A stretch of DNA of 60,371 nucleotides, the filler included. It is 5 parts of 5 records of this genome, joined end to end, with 100 filler letters (N's around TTAATTAATTAA, not from the genome) between each part and the next. Parts side by side here need not be neighbours in the genome. Positions count along the whole stretch, not along the records: positions 1 to 6,081 come from DRR723986_5039; positions 6,182 to 16,472 come from DRR723986_5042; 3 more parts are not named here. One strand, written 5' to 3'. A program made the translations under genes and the position numbers. Numbering within the stretch: position 1 is the stretch's first letter; every line of letters starts with the position of its first letter. The notes under the pieces were generated by a model. It ran no database searches. It had not been told where the DNA came from and saw only the letters and a program-made list of their open reading frames with translations. Shown piece after piece: positions 1 to 10,050 of this stretch.

Positions 1-42
1 ACGAACCCTGCACTACATGGAGCATACAACAAGGAGAACACC

Positions 43-924
43 ATGACCCAACATTCCGCAGGCGCCCGTTTTCGCCAGGCAGTGAAAGAAGAACAACCTT
101 TGCAAGTGATCGGCGCGATCAATGCCAATCACGCATTGCTGGCCAAGCGTGCCGGCTTCAAAGCCATTTACTTGAGCGGCGGCGGCGTGGCGGCTGGCTC
201 ACTGGGTCTGCCCGACCTGGGAATTTCAGGACTGGATGACGTGCTGACCGACGTGCGCCGAATTACCGATGTATGTGACACCCCCTTGCTGGTGGATGTC
301 GACACTGGCTTTGGTTCATCAGCCTTCAATATCGCTCGCACCACCAAGGCGATGATGAAAGCGGGTGCTGCAGCCATGCACATTGAAGACCAAGTGGGCG
401 CGAAACGCTGTGGCCACCGCCCCGGCAAAGCAATTGTGACCCAAGCTGAAATGGTAGACCGCATCAAAGCGGCCGTCGATGCCCGTGGTTCGGACGACTT
501 CGTGATCATGGCGCGTACAGATGCCTTGGCCGTGGAAGGTTTGCAATCGGCCATTGACCGCGCCTGCGCCTGCGTGGAAGCCGGTGCCGACATGATTTTT
601 CCCGAGGCAATGACCGAACTGAGCATGTACCAGCAGTTTGTGGACGCGGTGAAGGTGCCTGTCTTGGCCAACATCACTGAGTTTGGCTCAACCCCCTTGT
701 TCACCACCGAAGAACTGAAAGGTGTGGGCGTAGGCTTGGTGCTTTACCCCTTGAGTGCCTTCCGCGCCATGAACAAAGCAGCACAGAACGTGTATGAAGC
801 GGTGCGCCGCGATGGCACCCAGAAGAACGTACTGGACACCATGCAAACCCGAATGGAGCTTTACGACAGCATTGGCTACCACGATTTCGAGCAGAAACTG
901 GATGCTCTTTTTCAGCAGAAATAA
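43..924 (+). CDS. prpB: 2-methylisocitrate lyase
   Basis: KRCGHRPGK catalytic loop, [26 protein letters not shown] upstream; first gene of the prp operon. Confidence 0.97.
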   Translation: MTQHSAGARFRQAVKEEQPLQVIGAINANHALLAKRAGFKAIYLSGGGVAAGSLGLPDLGISGLDDVLTDVRRITDVCDTPLLVDVDTGFGSSAFNIARTTKAMMKAGAAAMHIEDQVGAKRCGHRPGKAIVTQAEMVDRIKAAVDARGSDDFVIMARTDALAVEGLQSAIDRACACVEAGADMIFPEAMTELSMYQQFVDAVKVPVLANITEFGSTPLFTTEELKGVGVGLVLYPLSAFRAMNKAAQNVYEAVRRDGTQKNVLDTMQTRMELYDSIGYHDFEQKLDALFQQK

Positions 925-982
925 CTTGAATAAAACACTATAAACAATTGTTATAAAACACGATTCTTAACAGGAGACAGAA

Positions 983-2143
983 ATGTCTGAGCAACAAACA
1001 ACAACACCAGGCTTTAAGCCCAAAAAATCTGTAGCCCTTTCAGGTACTGCCGCTGGAAACACCGCCCTGTGTACTGTGGGCCGTACAGGCAACGATCTGG
1101 CTTACCGTGGTTACGACATTCTGGACTTGGCCACCACCACCGAATTTGAGGAAATCGCCTATTTGCTGGTGCACGGCAAGCTACCTACTGTGGCTGAGCT
1201 GGCTGGCTACAAACTGAAACTGAAAGCCTTGCGCGGCATTCCTGCGGGCGTGAAGCAAGCGCTGGAAGCTCTGCCCCCTTCAGCCCACCCAATGGATGTG
1301 ATGCGCACTGGTGTTTCCGTGTTGGGCTGCCTTCAGCCTGAAAAGGACGACCACAACCACCCCGGTGCACGCGACATTGCAGACAAGCTGATGGCCAGCC
1401 TTGGCAGCATGCTGCTGTATTGGTACCACTACAGCCACAATGGCAAGCGCATTGAAGTGGAAACCGATGATGACTCGATTGGCGGCCACTTCCTGCACCT
1501 GCTTCATGGTGAAAAGCCCCGCGACAGCTGGGTTCGCGCCATGCACACCTCCTTGATTCTGTATGCAGAGCATGAATTCAATGCGTCCACTTTCACCAGC
1601 CGCGTGGTGGCCGGTACAGGTTCCGACATGTATTCCGCCATTTGCGGCGGCATTGGCGCCTTGCGCGGCCCCAAGCATGGTGGCGCCAATGAAGTGGCGT
1701 TCGAAATTCAAAAGCGTTACGACAACCCGGATGAAGCCGAGGCGGACATTCGCGCCCGCGTGGAACGCAAGGAAGTGGTGATCGGTTTCGGCCACCCCGT
1801 GTACACCGTCAGCGACCCTCGCAACGTGGTGATCAAGAAAGTGGCGGAAGACCTGTCCAAAGAACAGAACAATATGAAGATGTACAACATCGCCGAACGC
1901 CTGGAAAGCGTCATGTGGGAAATCAAGAAAATGTTCCCGAACCTGGACTGGTTCAGCGCCGTGAGCTACCACATGATGGGCGTGCCCACCGCCATGTTCA
2001 CGCCTCTGTTCGTGATTGCCCGTACATCCGGCTGGAGCGCCCACGTGATTGAACAGCGCATCGACGGCAAGATCATTCGCCCAAGCGCCAACTACACCGG
2101 CCCTGAAGACCAGAAATTTGTACCCATCAAGGATCGCAAATAA
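983..2143 (+). CDS. prpC: 2-methylcitrate synthase
   Basis: [11 protein letters not shown]-terminus, [35 protein letters not shown]. Confidence 0.97.
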   Translation: MSEQQTTTPGFKPKKSVALSGTAAGNTALCTVGRTGNDLAYRGYDILDLATTTEFEEIAYLLVHGKLPTVAELAGYKLKLKALRGIPAGVKQALEALPPSAHPMDVMRTGVSVLGCLQPEKDDHNHPGARDIADKLMASLGSMLLYWYHYSHNGKRIEVETDDDSIGGHFLHLLHGEKPRDSWVRAMHTSLILYAEHEFNASTFTSRVVAGTGSDMYSAICGGIGALRGPKHGGANEVAFEIQKRYDNPDEAEADIRARVERKEVVIGFGHPVYTVSDPRNVVIKKVAEDLSKEQNNMKMYNIAERLESVMWEIKKMFPNLDWFSAVSYHMMGVPTAMFTPLFVIARTSGWSAHVIEQRIDGKIIRPSANYTGPEDQKFVPIKDRK

Positions 2144-2145
2144 GC

Positions 2146-4764
2146 ATGAACACTCAATTCCGTAAAAACCTTCCGGGTACGAAGCTTGATTTCTTCGACG
2201 CCCAAGCGGCTGTGGATGCAATTGAAGCCGGCGCATGGGATAAGCTGCCCTACACCAGCAAAGTGCTGGCTGAGCAGTTGGTGCGCCGCTGTGAACCATC
2301 GGCTTTGACCGACAGCCTCAAGCAACTGGTATACCGAAAGCGCGACCTGGATTTTCCCTGGTACCCAGCCCGCGTGGTGTGCCACGACATTCTGGGCCAA
2401 ACCGCACTGGTGGACTTGGCTGGCCTGCGCAATGCAATTGCAGACCAGGGAGGTGACCCTTCCAAGGTAAACCCGGTGGTACCCACTCAATTGATTGTGG
2501 ACCATTCACTGGCTGTGGAATGTGGAGGTTTTGACCCCGACGCCTTCCAGAAGAACCGCGACATTGAAGAGCGCCGAAATGAAGACCGCTTCCATTTCAT
2601 TAACTGGACCAAAACCGCATTCAAGAATGTGGACGTGATTCCAGCCGGCAATGGCATCATGCACCAGATCAATCTGGAAAAAATGTCGCCGGTAGTACAA
2701 GTTCGCGATGGCGTAGCCTTTCCTGACACCTGTGTAGGCACTGACAGCCACACACCCCATGTGGATGCGCTGGGCGTAATCTCGATTGGCGTGGGTGGAC
2801 TGGAAGCAGAGACCGTGATGCTGGGCCGCGCCTCGATGATGCGCCTGCCCGACATCGTGGGCGTGGAACTGACTGGCAAGCGCCAGCCCGGTATTACGGC
2901 CACCGACATCGTACTGGAGCTGACCGCATTTTTGCGCAAGGAACGGGTGGTGGGGGCCTACATCGAATTTTTCGGTGAAGGCGCCAACAGTCTCAGCATT
3001 GGCGACCGAGCCACGATTTCCAACATGACTCCGGAATACGGCGCCACCGCCGCAATGTTCTACATTGATGAGCAAACCATTGACTACCTCAAGCTGACTG
3101 GCCGCGAAGATGAGCAGGTAAAGCTGGTGGAGCAATATGCCAAACACACCGGCCTTTGGGCGAGCAGAATGGTGGGTGCGGAATATGAACGCGTGCTGAA
3201 ATTTGATTTGAGCAAAGTGGTGCGAAGCATGGCTGGCCCATCGAACCCGCACGCCCGCGTGGCCACCACCGATTTGGCTGCCAAAGGCATTGCAGTTAAC
3301 CTGGACAAAGCACGTGAAGAGGAAGCCAAGGGTTTGATGCCCGATGGCGCAGTGATTATCGCCGCCATTACCAGCTGCACCAACACCAGCAACCCACGCA
3401 ACGTGGTTGCAGCTGCCCTGCTCGCCCGCAAAGCCAATCAGTTGGGTTTGGTGCGCAAACCTTGGGTGAAATCTTCTTTCGCCCCAGGTTCCAAAGTGGC
3501 CGAGTTGTATTTGAAAGATTCAGGCCTGCTGCCTGAACTGGAAAAGCTCGGCTTTGGTATTGTGGCGTTTGCCTGTACCACCTGCAACGGCATGAGTGGT
3601 GCATTGGACCCGAAAATTCAACAGGAAATCATCGACCGCGATTTGTACGCCACCGCAGTATTGAGCGGCAACCGCAACTTCGATGGACGAATTCACCCCT
3701 ATGCCAAGCAGGCATTCCTGGCCTCGCCCCCGCTGGTGGTGGCCTATGCCATTGCGGGCACCATTCGCTTTGACATTGAACGGGATGTGCTGGGTGTTGT
3801 GAACGGCAAGGAAATTCGCCTGAAAGACCTGTGGCCGAGCGATGAAGAAATCGATGCAATCGTGAATGAATTCGTCAAACCCTCCCAGTTCCGCGAAATT
3901 TATATTCCCATGTTTGATTTAGGTGCGATTGAAGAAGCGAAAAGCCCGCTGTACGACTGGCGGCCACAGAGCACCTACATTCGTCGCCCACCTTACTGGG
4001 ACACCGAAGGACAAGGTGCATTGGCTGCGCGGCCACGCACGTTGAAAAACATGCGCCCACTGGCGGTGCTGGGTGACAACATCACCACCGACCACCTGAG
4101 CCCATCGAACGCCATTCTGATGAATAGCGCAGCCGGTGAGTACCTGCACAAGATGGGACTGCCGGAAGAGGACTTCAACAGCTATGCCACCCACCGCGGC
4201 GACCACTTGACAGCACAGCGCGCCACATTCGCCAACCCCACCCTGCTGAATGAAATGGTGCGGGATGAAAACGGCAACGTGAAAAAAGGCTCACTGGCCC
4301 GCATTGAACCGGAAGGCAAGGTAACACGTATGTGGGAAGCGATTGAAACCTACATGGACCGTGGCCAGCCGCTGATCATCATTGCGGGTGCTGACTATGG
4401 CCAGGGTTCTTCACGCGACTGGGCCGCCAAGGGTGTGCGCCTGGCAGGTGTTGAAGCAATTATTGCCGAAGGCTTCGAGCGTATTCACCGCACCAACCTG
4501 ATTGGCATGGGCACCCTGCCCCTGGAATTCAAGTCAGGCGATACGCGCAAAACCTACAACATCGACGGCACCGAGGTGTTTGAAGTGGTGGGTGAGCGCA
4601 GCCCGCGCGCAACTCTGACTGTGGTGATGACCCGCAAGAATGGCGAGCGTGTGGAATTCCCCGTGACCTGCCGCCTGGACACCGCTGAAGAGGTTTCAAT
4701 CTATGAAGCCGGTGGCGTGCTGCAACGTTTTGCACAGGACTTCCTGGAAGGAAAGGCAGCATGA
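2146..4764 (+). CDS. acnD: Fe/S-dependent 2-methylisocitrate dehydratase AcnD
   Basis: Aconitase family: RVVCHDILGQTALVDLAGLR, AAITSCTNTSN, ACTTCNGMSG; located between prpC and prpF. Confidence 0.96.
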   Translation: MNTQFRKNLPGTKLDFFDAQAAVDAIEAGAWDKLPYTSKVLAEQLVRRCEPSALTDSLKQLVYRKRDLDFPWYPARVVCHDILGQTALVDLAGLRNAIADQGGDPSKVNPVVPTQLIVDHSLAVECGGFDPDAFQKNRDIEERRNEDRFHFINWTKTAFKNVDVIPAGNGIMHQINLEKMSPVVQVRDGVAFPDTCVGTDSHTPHVDALGVISIGVGGLEAETVMLGRASMMRLPDIVGVELTGKRQPGITATDIVLELTAFLRKERVVGAYIEFFGEGANSLSIGDRATISNMTPEYGATAAMFYIDEQTIDYLKLTGREDEQVKLVEQYAKHTGLWASRMVGAEYERVLKFDLSKVVRSMAGPSNPHARVATTDLAAKGIAVNLDKAREEEAKGLMPDGAVIIAAITSCTNTSNPRNVVAAALLARKANQLGLVRKPWVKSSFAPGSKVAELYLKDSGLLPELEKLGFGIVAFACTTCNGMSGALDPKIQQEIIDRDLYATAVLSGNRNFDGRIHPYAKQAFLASPPLVVAYAIAGTIRFDIERDVLGVVNGKEIRLKDLWPSDEEIDAIVNEFVKPSQFREIYIPMFDLGAIEEAKSPLYDWRPQSTYIRRPPYWDTEGQGALAARPRTLKNMRPLAVLGDNITTDHLSPSNAILMNSAAGEYLHKMGLPEEDFNSYATHRGDHLTAQRATFANPTLLNEMVRDENGNVKKGSLARIEPEGKVTRMWEAIETYMDRGQPLIIIAGADYGQGSSRDWAAKGVRLAGVEAIIAEGFERIHRTNLIGMGTLPLEFKSGDTRKTYNIDGTEVFEVVGERSPRATLTVVMTRKNGERVEFPVTCRLDTAEEVSIYEAGGVLQRFAQDFLEGKAA

Positions 4765-5948
4765 GCCAACAACTGAAGGTTCCCGCCACCTACATGCGTG
4801 GCGGTACCAGCAAGGGTGTGTTTTTCAGGTTGCAGGATTTGCCTGACGCATGCCAAAAGCCGGGCGAAGCACGCGACAAACTTTTGTTGCGTGTAATCGG
4901 AAGTCCTGACCCTTATGGCAAGCAAATCGACGGCATGGGTGGTGCTACATCAAGCACCAGCAAAACCGTGATTTTGAGCAAAAGCAGCAAGGCTGATCAC
5001 GATGTAGATTACCTGTTTGGACAGGTTTCAATCGACAAGGCCTTTGTGGACTGGAGTGGCAACTGCGGCAATTTGTCTTCTGCGGTGGGTTCATTCGCAG
5101 TGGCCAGTGGCTTGGTTGATCCTGCACGCGTGCCACAAAACGGCACTTGTGTGGTACGCATTTGGCAAGCCAATATTGGCAAAACCATTATTGCGCATGT
5201 GCCAATGACCAACGGGCTTGTTCAAGAAACCGGCGAATTTGAATTGGATGGGGTTACTTTCCCCGCGGCTGAAGTTCAGCTGGAGTTCTTGGACCCGGCC
5301 GATGAAGGCGAAGACGGTGCTTCAGGCTCTATGTTCCCCACTGGCAACCTGATTGACGACCTGGAAGTTCCCGGCATCGGCACACTGAAAGCCACGCTGA
5401 TCAATGCCGGCATACCCACCATTTTCGTCAATGCGGACAGCATTGGCTACACCGGCTGCGAGCTGCAAGACGACATCAACAGTGACCCCAAGGCATTGGC
5501 GATGTTCGAAACCATCCGCGCCCACGGTGCCGTGAAAATGGGCTTGATCAAACATATTGATGAAGCAGCCAAACGACAGCACACACCCAAAGTGGCGTTT
5601 GTTGCACCGCCAAAAACCTACACCAGCTCAAGCGGCAAGGTGGTTGAATCGGCAGGCATTGATTTGCTGGTGCGCGCCATGAGTATGGGCAAACTGCACC
5701 ATGCCATGATGGGTACAGCCGCAGTGGCCATTGGCACAGCAGCTGCCGTACCTGGAACCCTGGTGAATTTGGCAGCGGGTGGAACCGCACGAGAAGCCGT
5801 TCGCTTTGGACACCCAAGCGGCACCTTGCGCGTTGGGGCCCAAGCGGTGCTTGAAAATGGTCAATGGGCCGTCAAAAAAGCCATTATGAGCCGCAGTGCG
5901 CGCGTATTGATGGAAGGTTGGGTTCGCATACCTAACGATACGTTTTAA
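4761..5948 (+). CDS. prpF: 2-methylaconitate cis-trans isomerase PrpF
   Basis: YMRGGTSKG, SGNCGNL, SMGKLHHAMMGT, RSARVLMEG; ATGA overlap with acnD. Confidence 0.96.
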   Translation: MSQQLKVPATYMRGGTSKGVFFRLQDLPDACQKPGEARDKLLLRVIGSPDPYGKQIDGMGGATSSTSKTVILSKSSKADHDVDYLFGQVSIDKAFVDWSGNCGNLSSAVGSFAVASGLVDPARVPQNGTCVVRIWQANIGKTIIAHVPMTNGLVQETGEFELDGVTFPAAEVQLEFLDPADEGEDGASGSMFPTGNLIDDLEVPGIGTLKATLINAGIPTIFVNADSIGYTGCELQDDINSDPKALAMFETIRAHGAVKMGLIKHIDEAAKRQHTPKVAFVAPPKTYTSSSGKVVESAGIDLLVRAMSMGKLHHAMMGTAAVAIGTAAAVPGTLVNLAAGGTAREAVRFGHPSGTLRVGAQAVLENGQWAVKKAIMSRSARVLMEGWVRIPNDTF

Positions 5949-5983
5949 ACGATGGAACCAAGCTGATAAAGCTTGCCACTACA

Positions 5984-6027
5984 TGCACTTCAGTTTTTTT
6001 CGGTGCAATACCGAGAACTGAAGTGCA
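5984..6027 (+). terminator. long stem-loop after prpF (possible terminator or stabiliser)
   Basis: TGCACTTCAGTT (5984-5995) pairs with AACTGAAGTGCA (6016-6027), inner TCGGT/ACCGA stem; weak U tail. Confidence 0.5.
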
Positions 6028-6081
6028 GTTTCACCATTGCGAAAACTGTAGCAACAAGCCAAAGAGTGAGCAATTGCTCAC

Positions 6082-6181
6082 NNNNNNNNNNNNNNNNNNN
6101 NNNNNNNNNNNNNNNNNNNNNNNNNTTAATTAATTAANNNNNNNNNNNNNNNNNNNNNNNNNNNNNNNNNNNNNNNNNNNN
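6082..6181. other. artificial contig spacer
   Basis: 44 N + TTAATTAATTAA + 44 N; stop codons in all six frames. Confidence 0.99.
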
Positions 6182-6183
6182 AG

Positions 6184-8976
6184 ATCAATTTGCAAGGTTT
6201 CGATTCCGATGGTGGAACATTGGTCGATCCATTCCTATCGGGCGTTTTTGCCCTTGATGGCAGCGGCCCGTTCTCTCAAAGCGTCGATGACGATGGCGGC
6301 GTCGGGCGCGACAGCCTCGCCAACTTCACGCCCCCCGCGCAAGGCCAATACTATATCGAAGTGGCCGGATTTGATGACGAAGTGGGCAGCTATACGATCT
6401 CAATCGACGATCTGGGACTGCTCGATGATTTTGCGGCAGATGTATCAACAACCGGCCAGATTGACGCCAGCGGCAGCGTAACCGGAAATATCGATTTCCC
6501 CGATGACAGGGATTGGTTTCAGGCGGATCTGACGGCAGGTCGGCTTTATCAGATTGATCTGTTGTCCGAAGACGGACCAGGGGCCCTCAGCGATCCGTAT
6601 TTTTATGGTGTCTACGACAGCAACGGTGTGTTGATCAGCAACACCGAGAACGACGATGGCGGTGACGGCGCCAACAGCGCCTTGCAATTCTCGGTCGAAA
6701 CCTCAGGAACATACTATTTCTCTGCCGGAGGTTTTCTGGAAACCACAGGTCAATACCGCATGAACCTCAATGACTTGGGCGGCATAGTTGACAACGACAG
6801 CTTTGACATCACACTCGATTATCAAGGTCCGGAAGAGTTCCGCCAAGGCTTTGAAGAGGCCGCTGCGCGGTGGGAGAATGTGATTGTCGGTGATCTTCCG
6901 TTTGCTTCGGTCGAAGGCTACGGGTTTGTTGATGACATCCTGATAGAAGTGCAAATTGTCGACATTGATCTGGTGTTCGAAGGGGTTGAACAAGACATCC
7001 TTGCGATTTCAGGCGTGGTCGAACAACGCGGCACTGATCTCGCCTTGGGAGAGCTTTTGCCAACCCGATCACGGATTGTCGTCAACGCCGAAGCGGCTGA
7101 GAGGGTAAAGTTTAACATCGATGATCTGGCGGCGAACGCGATTGGACGCGCGCTTGGCTTTGGCAGCCTTTGGGAAGAACTTGGGCTGGTGCAAAACACC
7201 GATGGCGGGGCGGCCTATATCGGTTCCAACGCGCTGCGCGAATTTGCCGAAGTTCTGGGCACACCCAACGGCAGCGCCCTGCTTGAAGACGGTGCCAATG
7301 GCGGGCTTGCCAATGAGTACTGGCGCGAGAGCGTTCTCGGCAAAGAACTGATGACCCCCACCATCGGGTTCCGAACTGATGCCCCCCGCCCCCCCGGCGT
7401 GATCGACAATGCCCTTAGCGCCATTACAATCGGCGCGATGGAAGATCTTGGGTACCAGGTTAACTATGGCGCGGCGGATCCTTTTGCCCTGCCCACATTT
7501 GCCGGAACACAGGCCTCAGTGGTCCAAACGCCAGCCCCCTCACCCAACGCCGAAAATCCTGCGCCGGCCGCGCTTTCCCTTACCGATAATTACACTGATA
7601 TTCCAGGAGGCGAGACGATGTATTACGTCCGGCCAAATCTCCTGACCGAAAGTCCAGCCAGCTATGGGTTGGTCAACGGAAACACAAACCTGATCAGCGC
7701 CGATGGCACTTCTGCCCTGTTCCTTGAGGGGGTCACCGGGCAAAACCTGTTGATCGACTTGAACGGAGGCTTTGCCAAGAACAGCCCGGCGGCCGTGGCC
7801 GATCTCAGCGGGACAGTTCACACCGCCGAAGTGTTTTCGCAATCCGGCTCATCGTTGCTGCGGTTCGATTTCTCGCAAAAACCAGTCCAGATTCAAGATC
7901 TGTTGGCCGATTGGCCTGGGTTTGATTTCGCCGATGAAAACGTCATCGTCGTCGACAGCCTGCCCGGCGCATCGGTGCGCATTAATCCGGACGCGCAATT
8001 GGGGGACGGCAACCAAATCAATGCCGGAGGCAGCGATGATTACGTGCGGGGAAGTGATGCCGCCGAACATATCAATGGTGGCGCAGACAACGATATCTTG
8101 CTCGGACAAGGGGGCGACGACACCCTGATCGGCGGCAGCGGCACGGATATCATCGACGGCGGCGCAGGCCGAGATACGGCCGGTTTCTCCGGCGCGCAGA
8201 CCGCCTATACCCTGACGCTCAGCCCCACAGAGATCTTGATCGCGGATCGCCGAGTAGAAGGCGATGGCAGCGATACTCTGGTCAATGTCGAGCTTTTGGA
8301 TTTCTCCACCAACCTCTTTGGCGGTGCCTTTGATCTGGACCGTTTCGGTGGGCCAACGGGCCTATCGGTCGAAGATTTCCAAAGTTTTATAGAGCTTTAC
8401 ATCGCGTACTTCAACCGCGCCCCGGACGCCGTTGGCCTCAACTTCTGGGGCACTGCCTTTGCTAATGGCACAACTTTGTCTCAGATGGCGACCTTGTTTG
8501 TGGGTCAGGAAGAAACACAAGCCACCTACCCCACGGGGACCGCCTTTGATGTATTTGCCGAGGCCGTCTACAACAACGTGCTGGGCCGCACCCCTGATCA
8601 GGCCGGATTTGATTTCTGGGTTGGTCTACTGGAAACCGGTGCCGTCAGCCGGGAGGCTTTCATTCTCGAAGTGTTGCGCGGGGCGAAATCCGAATTGGAC
8701 CATAGCCAAGGCGAAGACTTTGTCGCGCAACAGTTGATTGACCGCGCATACCTTGCCACCAAGACGGACATCGGCACCTATTTCGCTGTCACCAAGGGCA
8801 TGTCAGACGTCAGCAACGCCACAGATGCGATGGCGCTTTTTGATGGCAGCCAGTCCAGCCAGGACGCCGCTGTTGCGGCCATCGATGCCTACCACATTGC
8901 CGCGCTTGATCCGGTCAATGGCGCGTTTCTGATGCCAGTGGTCGGGGTCTTGGATGATCCGTTTGCGATTGCCTGA
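6184..8976 (+). CDS. large secreted/surface protein, 5'-truncated: PPC-like repeats, leishmanolysin (M8)-like domain lacking zinc ligands, RTX Ca-binding repeats, C-terminal DUF4214-like domain
   Basis: Frame open to contig edge; DDDGG..S...F.....G.YY PPC-like repeats; GGxGxD nonapeptides (GQGGDDTLI, GGSGTDIID, GGAGRDTAG); LYIAYFNRAPDAVGLNFW and VYNNVLGRTPDQAGFDFW. Confidence 0.85.
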   Translation: MNLQGFDSDGGTLVDPFLSGVFALDGSGPFSQSVDDDGGVGRDSLANFTPPAQGQYYIEVAGFDDEVGSYTISIDDLGLLDDFAADVSTTGQIDASGSVTGNIDFPDDRDWFQADLTAGRLYQIDLLSEDGPGALSDPYFYGVYDSNGVLISNTENDDGGDGANSALQFSVETSGTYYFSAGGFLETTGQYRMNLNDLGGIVDNDSFDITLDYQGPEEFRQGFEEAAARWENVIVGDLPFASVEGYGFVDDILIEVQIVDIDLVFEGVEQDILAISGVVEQRGTDLALGELLPTRSRIVVNAEAAERVKFNIDDLAANAIGRALGFGSLWEELGLVQNTDGGAAYIGSNALREFAEVLGTPNGSALLEDGANGGLANEYWRESVLGKELMTPTIGFRTDAPRPPGVIDNALSAITIGAMEDLGYQVNYGAADPFALPTFAGTQASVVQTPAPSPNAENPAPAALSLTDNYTDIPGGETMYYVRPNLLTESPASYGLVNGNTNLISADGTSALFLEGVTGQNLLIDLNGGFAKNSPAAVADLSGTVHTAEVFSQSGSSLLRFDFSQKPVQIQDLLADWPGFDFADENVIVVDSLPGASVRINPDAQLGDGNQINAGGSDDYVRGSDAAEHINGGADNDILLGQGGDDTLIGGSGTDIIDGGAGRDTAGFSGAQTAYTLTLSPTEILIADRRVEGDGSDTLVNVELLDFSTNLFGGAFDLDRFGGPTGLSVEDFQSFIELYIAYFNRAPDAVGLNFWGTAFANGTTLSQMATLFVGQEETQATYPTGTAFDVFAEAVYNNVLGRTPDQAGFDFWVGLLETGAVSREAFILEVLRGAKSELDHSQGEDFVAQQLIDRAYLATKTDIGTYFAVTKGMSDVSNATDAMALFDGSQSSQDAAVAAIDAYHIAALDPVNGAFLMPVVGVLDDPFAIA

Positions 8977-8982
8977 ATGGGC

Positions 8983-9897
8983 TTAGCTGTCGGCCTCAGG
9001 CAGGGCTGGCAAAGACAGATGCGAATGGATGGTCACGTCGCCCTCTTCGTTGACGGACACCACCCGCAGATAGGGCGCCCCGGCGGCGGGATCGTCGGTG
9101 TGATCATGTGAAATCCCCGCAACCACGGCCGCCGAGCCGGGTTTCATCACGTAATCCTGAAACAAAGACAGCCTGAACCGGCATTGAAAGCTGTTGCAGA
9201 TATTGGCGCGATAGTTGCGCGGCAGGGTACAGCCCTGCACCCCATGATAGACACAGCTGCCCGATGTGCTTTGCTGCGGGATATGTTCAAGGTAGGTCTC
9301 GATGATCTCATCCGCTGTTGCCTCGGGATTGGACCACCGGAAATAGTCGATGACCTTTTTCTTGATAAAGGCGTGACGGTTCCCGCCCTGCAAACAGCAA
9401 TCCCCCTGACAGGCAATACACGCCGCATTGAGCGCCATTGGATCGGGCGCTTCCTGTGCGAGGCGGCGCTCATAGTCGGGATCATCCTCTGGCCGCTCGG
9501 GGGGCTCCTCTGTGGCATCGGTCGCCTCAAAGCTTTCAAGGACAGCCGCGCGTAGATTACTCTCAAACGCCAGTCGCCGCTCCGCAGGGAGCGGCACCAG
9601 CGGGATGTCCACATAGGGTGCCAAACCATGCGCCACGTCATCCAGATCATCCTCACCTATTTCCCGCGCCGCAGCTTTGATAACCCCCTCCGTGCGGGCG
9701 TGAGTGATATCAAGCCAGCGTTGGCATTGCTCTTCTTGTGATTTTGCCAACTGCCCGGACTGATCGATCTTTTGTCTGGTCGCGCATTCGGGACGGTCAC
9801 AATAGCCTGCATTGCCGCCCTGTTCAGGCGTCAACCGACGGCGGCAGGATTTGCAAAATACCGGGGCAGAAGGGTTATGCGGCTTAGGGGGCATCAA
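8983..9897 (-). CDS. Cys-rich protein with YkgJ/CxxCxxCC-like metal-cluster domain and N-terminal zinc-ribbon-like motif
   Basis: CIACQGDCC...CVYHGVQGC...RANICNSFQC; N-terminal CKSC...CDRPEC. Confidence 0.65.
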   Translation of the reverse strand: MMPPKPHNPSAPVFCKSCRRRLTPEQGGNAGYCDRPECATRQKIDQSGQLAKSQEEQCQRWLDITHARTEGVIKAAAREIGEDDLDDVAHGLAPYVDIPLVPLPAERRLAFESNLRAAVLESFEATDATEEPPERPEDDPDYERRLAQEAPDPMALNAACIACQGDCCLQGGNRHAFIKKKVIDYFRWSNPEATADEIIETYLEHIPQQSTSGSCVYHGVQGCTLPRNYRANICNSFQCRFRLSLFQDYVMKPGSAAVVAGISHDHTDDPAAGAPYLRVVSVNEEGDVTIHSHLSLPALPEADS

Positions 9898-10050
9898 GAG
9901 GAAGGCTCATGGTTTTGCAGATGTTGGTGATCCTGTATAAAGCACCGCCCTTTGGCCCAATTGCAACATTTCTTACTGCGCCAAAGCAAAAGGCGGCCCA
10001 AAAGGCCGCCAATCAGAAGTAAGTGTACCTACAAGTCCCGCGCTGCAAAC

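Noticed and set aside
930-961. ATAAAACAC direct repeats around AACAATTGTT between prpB and prpC
   Set aside because: Short, low-complexity A-rich spacer; cannot be distinguished from chance or generic Hfq-type tracts.
43-5948. prp operon lacking prpD as a novelty
   Set aside because: AcnD plus PrpF is the established alternative to PrpD in the methylcitrate cycle.
6126-6137. TTAATTAATTAA recurring four times, as a possible biological repeat or CRISPR-like unit
   Set aside because: Always embedded in 44+44 N; a synthetic six-frame-stop linker.
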